The translations under genes and the position numbers were made by a program. This document shows, in pieces, positions 13,742 through 25,150 of a stretch of 60,881 nucleotides of DNA (the stretch's first letter is position 1; every line of letters starts with the position of its first letter). The stretch is from assembly GCA_910592345.1 (NCBI GenBank), contig CAJVPI010000073.1, positions 1 to 60,881 of the forward strand, given 5' to 3'. The notes under the pieces are model-generated. The model ran no database searches. It was not told where the DNA came from and saw nothing but the letters and a program-made list of their open reading frames with translations. Source of the DNA: Paraglomus brasilianum (Eukaryota).

Positions 13742-14432
13742 CTAGACTCTGCCGCAGATGTAAGATACCGACATCTTTCTTGCAGGGTCACGTCTTTTGG
13801 CTATACGAAGGACATTATAATAAAAATTACGGATCTGTAACGAGGTTCTTCCTGGAAGTTTTCCCGCAATCAATGCCCATTTTGGTCCGTGTATCTCGTA
13901 TAATCTGTAGATTTCTGTTTGTTCCGATAAACTGAGTTTGCTATGGTTTACTGTAAAAGTTAAAAGGTAGAAGGCAGATTTTAGTATACAAAAGTTTTTT
14001 CGAAACGCTTGACAAAATACGTTATTCACTTACTGGTATTGTCGAGATGATTTCTGTATCTAAAGTATTTTAATTGGATTAAAAAGACGTTATTTTACAT
14101 TTACAACTTTTCGTGTCTTCAATAAACAAAATCTGCCAAACTAATTTCGTTAATCTGACCTTTCCCGGCACTGCTTTCCAGTCACATTATTGCCAATAGC
14201 TCGCGCAATGTCTCCCCAACGTGGGCCGTTTTTCTCAACAAATTCTTTCAATAGATAATCTTGCTGTAACAAATTATTAATTTTAATACGAGATTAAAGG
14301 CGGGCATCCGCTCAGACTGTACTACATTGCTGAATATGGCAATGTTTATAAGAGAGAATATGGAAAACTCTAAATTTATTTATTTATTTTTTTTTCACGT
14401 ACAAAAGGCGTCCAATATCTTCTCCTAGCCAT
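13742..14432 (-). CDS. Small two-repeat Myb protein, copy 4 (122 aa)
   Basis: Exons 14432-14403, 14263-14160, 14059-14034, 13950-13742 (369 nt). MARRRYWTPF/QDYLLKEFVEKNGPRWGDIARAIGNNVTGKQCRER/YRNHLDNT/NHSKLSLSEQTEIYRLYEIHGPKWALIAGKLPGRTSLQIRNFYYN...KMSVSYICGRV*. Confidence 0.9.
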
Positions 14433-15849
14433 CTCGTTACAGTGGATGGCAACGAACTAAATCTCGGTTGGGCCTTTTTTTTTTACTCGATATCATAAAT
14501 GTGTCTGGAAAAGCGCTGTCTGTAAACTCGGGATGAGTTGGGTTGTATATATACACGTATCCATATATACGAGACTCATTCAATATTATGGTTAAATACG
14601 TTTATAATAACCTGATTTAGGCTCAAATATGGCTTAGACAGCTTACGCACTGCTGCTAGTAACGCTTTCGTAAAGATTTTCTTTGCCGATGAACAACGAC
14701 TCGCTTACAAATGCCAATTAGAATTCATCTACATACAGACTCATATGACCTTTAACAGAAATAAAGTTATTTTTCCCCACCTACGATGGGCTGATAAGCG
14801 AAGCAAGTTATACGTCTAATTTAGACTTCCGATGCATGCGGATGATTATCAGGAGAGAAAAAGTTTCAGAGGGTAAAAGAATACCCAATAAAGGAACTGA
14901 GCGTTGCTGCAAGAAGACTTTATGATTGTTGCCCAGAAGCATCTTTTCCCCCAATTAAAAAAACTTTGAGAAAGCCAAGCCCTCTTGCATATGATCAACT
15001 ACCAGCTTGGGACGATCGCCAACTTGAAGTGAGAATGAATCGTTTACATTAACTATTATTCATCTATGCATGTGATGGTTCTTGTTCCCACAGAAGAAAA
15101 CGGTTCGATGCGCCTAACGAATCTTGTATGAATATTCTTAGTCTACTTGACAATTGTCGAGGAATAAAACTTTTCTTGTCGTCTGTCGAGGAGAGGACAA
15201 CCCCACACTTTAATAAACTTGTTAAGAACCATTGCTTTCCCGTTCAAGCTTTTAAGCAAGGTTCTTTGTCTGGAGAGAAGCAAGTCGCGGGCGTACTTGC
15301 AACGGCTACATAATCGCGCAGGGCCATTAATATTAATGGTAAATTTTTTTTCGGTTTGATATCATATGATCATATATTTGTAGATCATTAATCATAGGTT
15401 ATTTATATACAGTATTTAGTATTAGGGATGGGAAAGACCATTTAATTTGTTCCCTCGACGACAATAGCGCAAAAACGATGACATAATGCGGAACCCCATT
15501 TGTAGATCTGATCGGCATTTCGAACCTGCTTTGTGCATGAGAAAAGAATTTTGCTTGGCCACTTGGTCAAATGGTAAAGAAACATTTATTCTTCTCCTTT
15601 ATCGTTATTTTTTTTCTTTTGACGCTAGTATTAACCCGCTATTTACAATAGTGGGAGAGTGTGGGAGACGCTCATGATAATCTCTTGAATGAGACATGCC
15701 TGTACGTATTTTTTTTTTCATGTATGCTGTGCAATCTCGTTCTACTTTTAATGGTTCTCTCTCTATCTGAGTGGATGGATAGGGTAATTTGCTGCGCCGC
15801 CATGGATATGTGTCGTACTGACGCTTTTATACCCCACAAGAAACTGTTT

Positions 15850-15903
15850 GTTTGTAGAATGTCCTAGATAGTTTGTGTGTAGATGTTTGTAGAATGTCCT
15901 AGA
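15850..15903. repeat. Short direct repeat (gtttgtagaatgtcctaga x2)
   Basis: Two copies ~35 bp apart, upstream of Myb copy 5. Confidence 0.8.
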
Positions 15904-16113
15904 CGTTATGATGACGTACAGTTACTGAATACATGTGCTACATGGGACGCCTAATACATCAAATATCTAATAATAATAATGGTTTGACCCGAACTTGCAA
16001 GAACATTCTCGAGCTATAATTCTTATATCCGCAGAGGGTACGTACAAGCTTAAATTGCCAGAATCATCCATTCTTGCGTCTTTGTTGCTAACGAGTCAAT
16101 ATTACGTTTACTT

Positions 16114-16829
16114 ATGATGCCGTGTATCTCTGTTTCTCGCAAAAAAGACTCATGCGTCGAGTATTGGTCTCCTACGGTAAATGGTTCGCATATACTGGTC
16201 CACTAGTATGTGTTAGGGTAACTGAAACATTCACTTGTAATAGGAGGATAAAGAGCTTCTGAAGCTGTACGAGATCCATGGTCCGAAATGGATGGATATT
16301 GTCAACAAGATGAAGACAACGCGTAATCATAAACAAGTGCGCGAAAGGTAATTATTATGTGTGTTTATTAATACAATCGGTATTTGTGTTTCTCCCGAGT
16401 CAGTCGATGTTTTATGGTCCAATTCAATCAATTATTAGATATATAAATCATCTTAGGCCAGGAAGTTAGTTTTCTTCAATCGTAGGCAAATCATTCCATA
16501 ACTTCATTGATGCTTCGTCAAATGGTGCATTAGTGCAGTAATGGTCATATTATTTAAGTTGATATAACGTGCAGTACTCTAACAGAATTTATGTTCTTTT
16601 TTTACTAGTCAACTTTGACCCTCTGACCAAGGTTGAGGGAGAAGCAATTATAAACCTGTACAACGAAATCGGTGGCAAGTGGACCGAAATTGCTGGGAAG
16701 CTGGGACGCACCCAATTACAAGTACGCAATTTCTGGTATAATAAGCGTCGAGGCGAACGATCTCGCCGATTGCATAGACGAACCGCGAGCAAACTTTCGC
16801 GTATGTCAATTGACTTTTTGTTGAATTGA
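16114..16829 (+). CDS. Small two-repeat Myb protein, copy 5 (137 aa), inverted relative to the others
   Basis: Exons 16114-16176, 16244-16347, 16439-16464, 16609-16829 (414 nt). ...YWSPT/EDKELLKLYEIHGPKWMDIVNKMKTTRNHKQVRER/YINHLRPG/NFDPLTKVEGEAIINLYNEIGGKWTEIAGKLGRTQLQVRNFWYN...RMSIDFLLN*. Confidence 0.9.
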
Positions 16830-19800
16830 TTTTATGGCTATTCGGAGCAGCATTCGTACCAGATCAAGTCCATTGCTCTGCATGTTGACTTTAAACTGTT
16901 ACATACGTTAAGATTAAGATATTTATTGTATTTACATGAGTTTTGTTTATGTATGAACATAATAACAAGTAATCAATACTTTATTCTATAGAAATTTTGT
17001 TTATAATACTAATACTAAACTTAATAAATTCTACACGCGATAAGTTGTAAGTATTGACATGATTAATGATTGGTTGATTGCAATTAGCTCAAGCTCATGT
17101 GATTAAACAATGCCTACGAATGACAAAGTTCTCCTTGCATCGATTTTATCTTCTGAAGTAATCCGTGTATTGAAACAATGCTCAGAATGGTTACATGCGT
17201 CCCAAAAGACGACAATGAATCGGAATGCTCGTCGAATTGCAAAGTGATATAGAAGGCGTCTCTGAACAGAGCAGATGCTTTAGAGCCATCGAAGGTGGAT
17301 GTCTCATTCTCTAGCTCAACCATGAGATCAGGTTTTAATACTTTTAACGAATTTAGTCTCTCTCTCTCTCTCTTCCCTCCCTCCCCCACTCTTCTTTAAG
17401 GTCAATGTGATGTCAAGCTAGCCACTCATTTTCCAACAATTATTTCGAAAGTAATTTTTGTCAGTATTAAATTCGGGGATTAGAGCTTTCGTCCTTCACA
17501 ACTTACTATAATCCGTAAAAAGAGTTTTTCACCGACCACCAAATCAGCACGCTATCGGTATGATAGATCAATTAATTACGGTACAATTTTTTTTTTCATA
17601 TAAAGATGATGACAAGTCTAATTTCCTGGTCTATTTCAAAATATTTGATTTTACCCTATACAATTTTTTCTGCTATTTGGAAATCTACTTAGGCCGTTGT
17701 AGTTGGAAGTGGAACACATTACCCACGCTCATCAAGCTTGATTTCATTCAATGTCTAGAAACGTATCGCTGCACTCCTGGAGGAAGCAGATGCATCTTGG
17801 ATGTAATAGCAATAATTATAGGACACCTGACTGGGTGGTGTTGGTTGTATTGCATCAACGTGGACTGCACTTCAGATTGGTTCGTTGAAGACAGAAACAG
17901 ATTGCACAACAATTTTCACGTTATTGTCGACTGCCCAATGTTTATGCATATGCTGTACATACAGATCGATATCTCATAATGGTCCCCGCATATGATTATT
18001 GGGAATATCTATTGTAACGTGAGCAATTCGTTCATAATACGAATTCGCAAGAACATCAAGAGGACATGCATCATGGTAATGTTAGGAAAGAAGAAATAAT
18101 GACTGATTTCAAGTTTTTATTGCTCTCTTCATACATTCTTATTGGATCTTTCCATAATCATTCCCCCACGTAAAATTCGTTCGGCTGTACTGTTTCATGC
18201 ATCTGCAGATACTGTATATTGGCGGTTACATCCTATCACGAATATGCAACTGCCTAATTAAGGGCAGCCTTAGTCCGAATCTTTGAAATCTATCTGGATA
18301 TCGCGGTATTTCGTGCTCGCCAATGTAGACTTGGTGATACAGCGATCCCGATGTAGATCAGATGCGACTATGCGTCAGCGATCCACTGCTCTAATACTAG
18401 ATTCTGGGTAGTCGATATAGTCTATAATGAGGACTGGGAAGTGTGTAATGGGTTCTGTAATGGTGTGGGTGAGTTGACCTCTAACGGCGATGTCATCCCA
18501 GAAAATATCGAAGAGGAAGCAGTACTGCCGATACTCCTTTGCAAACAACTTGATAATAAACTCGGAGCAATTAAGAATAATAATAAGGTTTAAAGATTTC
18601 AGGGGTTCAAGACTGTTGAACGCCACAGATTTGTCTTACAACCTAATTTTCTTTCTTTGCACTAATTAATCTCGTGATTAAACTAGTAATGCTACTTGTT
18701 ATTAAGATTGTTTGAGATTTGGTGGGGGTAATCTTGCCGTTATAGCAATTCTTGTTGTTATTGCAATAGTCTACTTTGCAAGGGGTGATGGATAAATAAC
18801 GCGACTCGCATTCATTGTCATCTTGGAAAAATCGAATAAAACGAACGGTTTCATTGTATCGGCCACGCCTAATTCTTTAAAACAATTAACAATCCAATCC
18901 TAAACAATAATCCCATTCATCTCTTGGACCCTAACACTACCTGTCCCATTATAGGCTTTTACATCTCTGTCTTTTCTTATATAAGCCCTGTTAGCTAACC
19001 TTTTTTTTTTGACATAAATATTTTTTACCAGGGAAAATTTCCATACTTTGAGCCAAGTACTATCACTAAGGCAATATTAGCACAAATTACCTTTGTTTAA
19101 TAAAAACATTTTAATTTACTGAATAGAAAGTTCCAGTTATGGCGTATGGAAATTTGTCAAATACCTGAAAGTGCAATGGGCAGGCGCAGAAGACAAGCTC
19201 TCAAATATGCATCTAGTATGCAATCATGCAACTTTAATGATACCGGAATGATGAACTGGAAGCAGCATACATCATCACAATCACAGATTGTCATTGTAAA
19301 CCCTGTCTCGTTGATAGCACAAGAGATACAGTTGGCCGATTACCGTGAATGATTACTTCCGGACAATTTTTAATCTCTACCTTTGACTGAAAGCGCATTA
19401 AGCTTGTTGAGTTTATTCGCGTGCATTTTGCTGGTCTTTGTTGACAATGCTCCGCACGAAAGGGAAGGCTAAATTACTGCACATGACAATTATTAATAAA
19501 ATAGTGTAATCATCATCAGTTTCCAAGTCCCGGGAAGAAGTATTTTATATTTATCGCATAGCCCCAATTTTTACCAGCAGAGAATCACGTTATACACATT
19601 GCGCAATAGTATGTTAAATATGATGCGTTTTCGCACCAAGTCGTATTAGGAGCATAGCGTCGCGTATTTACTATATTTACTTTCCAACCTCCTGTTCACA
19701 GTTGATTGAATTCTCCATCCGATGTAAATACTATCGAGTATGTTACTATCCTCCATTCGCGAGCAAATTGTTTGTTATACAACATTTGTTAGCCCGCAAA

Positions 19801-20286
19801 CACCTGACATCATGATGTCCTTTGAGAAATCGTCTTTTTCCAGAATTGTAATAGCCTATTTATCTGCTTCCCGATATTTTGGGACCAAAATTTTCCCCGA
19901 GAATATTAGTCTATCGTATAGTCCATGTTTGTAGGCTGTCCTTGTTTTGGGTAAGGTGTAAGGTATGGAAATATGGAAGCAAGGTTTCTTAAACCCGTTG
20001 CAAGATAATACCATAACTGGGGGGGCGCAATATATACAAAGTGCATATCAAATAGATTAAACACGAACTTTCAAACTTAATTTTCATTGGCCAAAGTCTA
20101 TAAATGTGTGTTCTATAGAAGATAATTACAAGTTCCACCTCATAACGATAATCCAAAAGTCCATAAAAAAGTTATCTTCTATTTTTACAGTACAGCCCAG
20201 CTGCAATATATGATGGGGGCTACACTTTACTTTACAAGGCCCCTCTGCTTTTTTCACCCACGTCAAATTCACCGTATGCTCGGCAC

Positions 20287-20883
20287 TTAGTTCAGCAACT
20301 GCGAAATCTCCATTTTGGATGAGCGTGTGTAAGCCGGGGGCTGTAGAGGATGGGTTACACGTCGAAAGCGATTATAACAAAAGTTCTTGACTTGGAGACT
20401 CGTCCTGCCAGAGAGATATCTCGCAATAAGAACATATTTAGATCCGTGTATTTTGTGCAATTGGCGAATTTTGTTCTGTTCGTCGAATGTTAGTGGGCTC
20501 AAATCAACTATATCAGATAAAACTAGTATTAGACAACACAAAGTATATATTTATTTACAACCGAAAATGCTGTACCTACTTCCAGGACTCAGGTGATGAA
20601 CATATCTGTTAACAATGAATTAATGTATAAGTAAAAGACAACTATGTAACAATGACATGATTATCAAGACTGTTTTACCGTTCGCGAATGGATCTAGCAC
20701 TTCTCGTCCTCATTAATGCAGCAATTTGTCGCCATCGAGAACCAAAGACTCGAAACAAATTGATTAATTGAGCATCTTCCTATAGAAGAAAATGACGATA
20801 ATGAGGCAAAATTAACGGTAAATGTCACTAGCCTTTTTCTCTTTACTATTGCGACTTACAGCCGGCGTAAAATGCGAACTCAT
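20287..20883 (-). CDS. Small two-repeat Myb protein, copy 6 (123 aa)
   Basis: Exons 20883-20860, 20779-20679, 20605-20580, 20507-20287 (372 nt). MSSHFTPA/EDAQLINLFRVFGSRWRQIAALMRTRSARSIRER/YVHHLSPG/DLSPLTFDEQNKIRQLHKIHGSKYVLIARYLSGRTSLQVKNFCYN...KMEISQLLN*. Confidence 0.9.
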
Positions 20884-21924
20884 CTCCAAGCTTATCAATT
20901 GGTGATGATATAGTGTATCTCATTTATAAATGAACGAGCGTTAAAGTCACTGTGATTAGCCCATCACCTTTATCCTGTTGCAAAACCTGATTTCCTCCAT
21001 TCTTTTGCATGGTGTAAAATAAAGGTTCCCGAGACTATGGTCAGATGATATCATCGACGACAATACGCTAACCAATGAGCGTGGAGTGTTGATGCTATAG
21101 TCTTTTTGCGATTGCCTAATCTTGGCGATGATACCAACAGAACGGGTTGATAATGACGACAACAGACTTTCGATGGTGCAGAATAACTGATCAATTTCGG
21201 TAATCAAATGAATGAATGTGATATTTCAAAACCGGTTTCCCAAATTAAAAATTTTTTTTTTCCTTCCCAAAGAGGCTTTTCATTGATTCAAGAAGCAGTA
21301 ATACATTTTCATTTGTGTAAAATACAGTAGTAGTTTCCTATAGTACTTTTTTTTTTCCTTTCTTCTTTTTAAACAATTACAGTACGGAGAACTACCAATA
21401 ACATTAAAGTTTCCGATACGCAAAGGACGGATAATAGAGTAATTTTTTTCCTTTTTAAATTATCATCCCGTCTACGATACCCACTACTCCCAGGACGAGG
21501 AGATTGAACTGGGTATTTATTATAGAGCGATGAGCAAGATGTCTCCTATTTGGGACTCGTAACTAATAAATAAATCACAGATCTAATTGTTCTCATAGTA
21601 CAGCGCCAAGTATTTGACCATTGCAACAAGGGGAAATCAAAATACAAAATAAAAAATAAAGCAAAACTATAATTGTCACCACTTGTCAATTGCTCTGTCC
21701 GACAAGTAACACTCCAAGGAAAGCAAATCCCATCAAGCAACAACGATTGACAGATAATGCGTTCAGTATGTAAAACAGTATCCAAGAAACAGTCGAGAAA
21801 TCAAAAACCAAAACTCAAATGGAACAAAATTACACAGCAAACAAGAAGAACATACATATTTCGTATCTGAAAAAGAAAAAACTATAAAAAACGAAAAAAG
21901 AGAAAGAGAATACATCTGAGAGAA

Positions 21925-22749
21925 CTAGTTCAACAAGTTTCTAATATTCATCAAACTCTTGATTCGCCCACGGGGTTTCTCTTCGCCTCGTACATTCTGA
22001 GTCGAACTTGCTCCTGACCGTCCCTCGTAATTAGGTCGCTCATCAACTGCAGCCTGCTGTTCCATAGGAGCATCCTTTTGACGTTTGTTCTTTCTGCAAG
22101 CGGTACGGTGGAAGAAGTTTTTTACTTGTAATGCCGTGCGTCGAAAACCATCCCCATTTCGCATACGACGAGCAAATACGGCCCACTGCGGGCCTTCTAT
22201 TTTATTCCATTTGACCAATGCACGCTCTTCTTCAATCGAAAAACGGTCATGGTTTACTATATAATAGCAGGGAGATGTACAAAACGAGAATAAGTAATCG
22301 GATTCGGATGGACATGAAAAGAATACTAGATTAAAAGATTGATGAGAAAACATACTCGAAGGGTCTAAGTGGTTGACGTATCTATAAAGCAGACGTTGAA
22401 AATAGATATTCATCGTTAGTGATGGTCGGGTTTTCATCGTACGAGAAACAGAAAAGAATAATATGGAGAAAAAAGGTGTCGACAATAATGACGACGACGA
22501 CGGCGACGACGATGACGAAAACACTAACCGTTCTCTAACTTGTTTGTGGTCTCGTGCCCCGTTCATAGCTGCAGCGATGCCTTTCCAGTCGCTACCATGT
22601 CGTAAATGTAGTTCGAGTACGAGCTTGTCTTCCTGTAATTTGCACATAAAAATTCAGCCAACATGTCGCAAATAGCAATGCCTCTTTTCGCTGTGCTCTG
22701 GTAAAAGACTTACAGTTGCTGACCAATGCCCTTTCTTGAGCGATGGCAT
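21925..22749 (-). CDS. Small two-repeat Myb protein, copy 7 (165 aa)
   Basis: Exons 22749-22714, 22632-22529, 22381-22356, 22256-21925 (498 nt). MPSLKKGHWSAT/EDKLVLELHLRHGSDWKGIAAAMNGARDHKQVRER/YVNHLDPS/NHDRFSIEEERALVKWNKIEGPQWAVFARRM...RTALQVKNFFH...LMNIRNLLN*. Confidence 0.9.
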
Positions 22750-23703
22750 TTTTAATTATTTCTCGAATAAAGATTTGAAGACAACGCCCTGGTAGCGAAG
22801 CAGTCTGAAGTCGAATAGTTAATGGGCCGAGTGATCGATGGTCAACGAGTTGAAAACGAGTAACTGACGAATGGACAACCCTGGTGGAAATTGCTGGTAT
22901 GAAGTTGAGCGGCAAGTATGTTTCAGATTGACAGTGCTGTTACGCCGCAGTAGGAGACTCGTTTTAATTTGGGTGCTTGAGGGAGGACGAGTGTTACGAG
23001 TAAGAAGAGGAGAGAGGAGAGAGTATGTGGGGTTTCGTCTTGTTGGTGAAAAGTTGAAGGTTACAAACGACCAAGGAGAGGAGGTAAGAAAGCGAGGAAG
23101 GGGGAATGTGTGTTGTAAATAGGCAATTAATCTATGTGGCAGGAATTTTTTTCCCTCGTTTTAGACTTTATTCCTTTGAAACTTTGGGGGTTTTTTGCCT
23201 TTTTTTTTTTTTTTGTTCAATATTCAAAGTTCATAATTCAACTCTAAAGACGACCACGCGAGGTTAATGAGGGAAGAACAAAAAAATTATATTCGTTAAT
23301 ATGGGATGCACACCAAAGAGTGGGTAATAATAATAAAGATAATAATAATGAACTCAGGAGTTGTGCTGATAAGAAAGGTTGGTTATCTTGTAACAAAAAC
23401 GGGAAATTTGTTGTAGAACAGTGGGGTTTAAATATATAGTCTACAGACCGGGATTAATTCCGAAGTTTGTGTTTCATTCGAAGCGAAACTCGAGGGTTGA
23501 AACAAACCCCAGTTTTTAAAAGAGATTTCCCGTACTGTCTATTCGTGGTTAAGTATTGGTGACACATACATATCAGACTTAACAGGGAAAAGCGTTTAAA
23601 GAGGAATAGCTCGTAATCATGAACGAAAAAGTAAGAATTGAGATAAAGTTGTACAGAGGAGTTAATGGGATTTTCGTCACACGGACAATAGACAGTGACG
23701 CTA

Positions 23704-23800
23704 TTGTTGTTTGTGTGCGTGGTTGTTGTTGTGTTGTGTTGTTGTGTTGTGTTGTTGTTGTTGTGTTGTTGTTGTTGTGTTGTTGTGGTTGTGGTTGTTC
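23704..23800. repeat. Compound GTT/GTTGT microsatellite
   Basis: Directly visible low-complexity tract; it explains the spurious Cys/Val and Asn/Gln/Thr ORFs here. Confidence 0.9.
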
Positions 23801-25069
23801 ATTCGAAATAAAAGGGCAAGATGCGAAAAAGACTGCCAAATTTCACCCAGGGAAATGCGTGCAAGGGAAAATGTTAATAATGCAAACAAACAAGGGAAAA
23901 AATTAAATGTTCAGAATGTCGGATACTCAAGAGGCAGAGTGTGTATACACATATACAAACAGATGACCCTTTGTCGGTTAAGAATGCAAGTAACCAAGGC
24001 ACGACATTCTCTACATTTTTATGCTTTTCCCTCTCACATTTAAAGTTTTAACGTCTTTATTTGTATTTCTATCTGTGTCATTTTGTATATATTAATCATA
24101 TATGCATATTGTATTTTCATTGTATTCATTGTTATTGTTATGAAAATCCTTGAAATGTCGACTTTTTGGAGGAACAAATTTCATTATTGATGCAAATACA
24201 ATACTGATGATGTCATCAGACTTGCGAAATTTATTATTTTTATTGTTGAATTTAAGCATACTCGTCTTGGTAAGATTTACCGGCGACTCTCGAGAGTCCA
24301 AAGTACAGCAACAGTTATTGTGGCTAGTTAACGTGTTCTTTCTTTTTCTTGAAACGTTCAACCCGTCAACTATCAATAACACAAAATTACTATTACGGAA
24401 ACAACCGATTTTTGACACACTCCACGTTGACACCAATAACTGACCCAGGAAATACAAGTTTTTGAGTTGCTTATTATTATAATGTTTTAAACCGTCGAAA
24501 CTTTGTAACGACCCAGCTTTATAACGCTAGACCCTTTTGACGATTTTTATGACGTTATCTACGCACTCTACCAATAAAGCCTTTTTTTTACTAGTCTGAA
24601 ACCACCATCACAATTCGGGTATGCCCTGGTATTATAAAATTAATTTAATACCATCATAATCGTAATTTACCAGTAAAAATAAAAATAAAAAGATGAAAAT
24701 ACACCAAAATGGTGGTATTGTTTTCGTTGCTGCGGGTGCGCTTTTAAATGCTTTCCTCGTCTTTCCAAATCAGCAGACTTTTTCCTACCTCCGATAGAGT
24801 CTTTTTCTCAGAGTTTACTCTCTCTCATGCAGAACTTAATTTGATCACAGACTTGTACCCAAACAAATGTACAGTATTTTGCGAGCATTAAGAATAATAT
24901 ACCCTTTGCCGATCTGTGGATCTGAACGAGGTACATGGACATTTTGGGTTAGTCATTCTGTAAAACGGGCAACTGCATCAATGCTTGCAATAGGGGTCCT
25001 CGGTTATCGAATAAATTCTGGTCTCCATGTTCTTTGGCTAATTAGGTATTTCTTGTCGTAATAATTTTG

Positions 25070-25150
25070 CCCACCCCCCAATCAATCAACCAACCCCAAC
25101 CAACCAACCAACCAACCAACCAACCAACCAACCCCACCAACCGACCCCCC
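25070..25150. repeat. (CAAC)n microsatellite
   Basis: Directly visible. Confidence 0.9.

Noticed and set aside
17114..20030. Several short ORFs between Myb 5 and Myb 6
   Set aside because: No recognisable domains or consistent exon structure; no eighth Myb copy was found.
2751..22749. Myb genes as PIF/Harbinger accessory ORFs
   Set aside because: They have two canonical repeats and conserved introns, with no Harbinger transposase or TIRs nearby.
23579..24043. Cys/Val-rich and Asn/Gln/Thr-rich ORFs
   Set aside because: They are translations of the GTT microsatellite on both strands.
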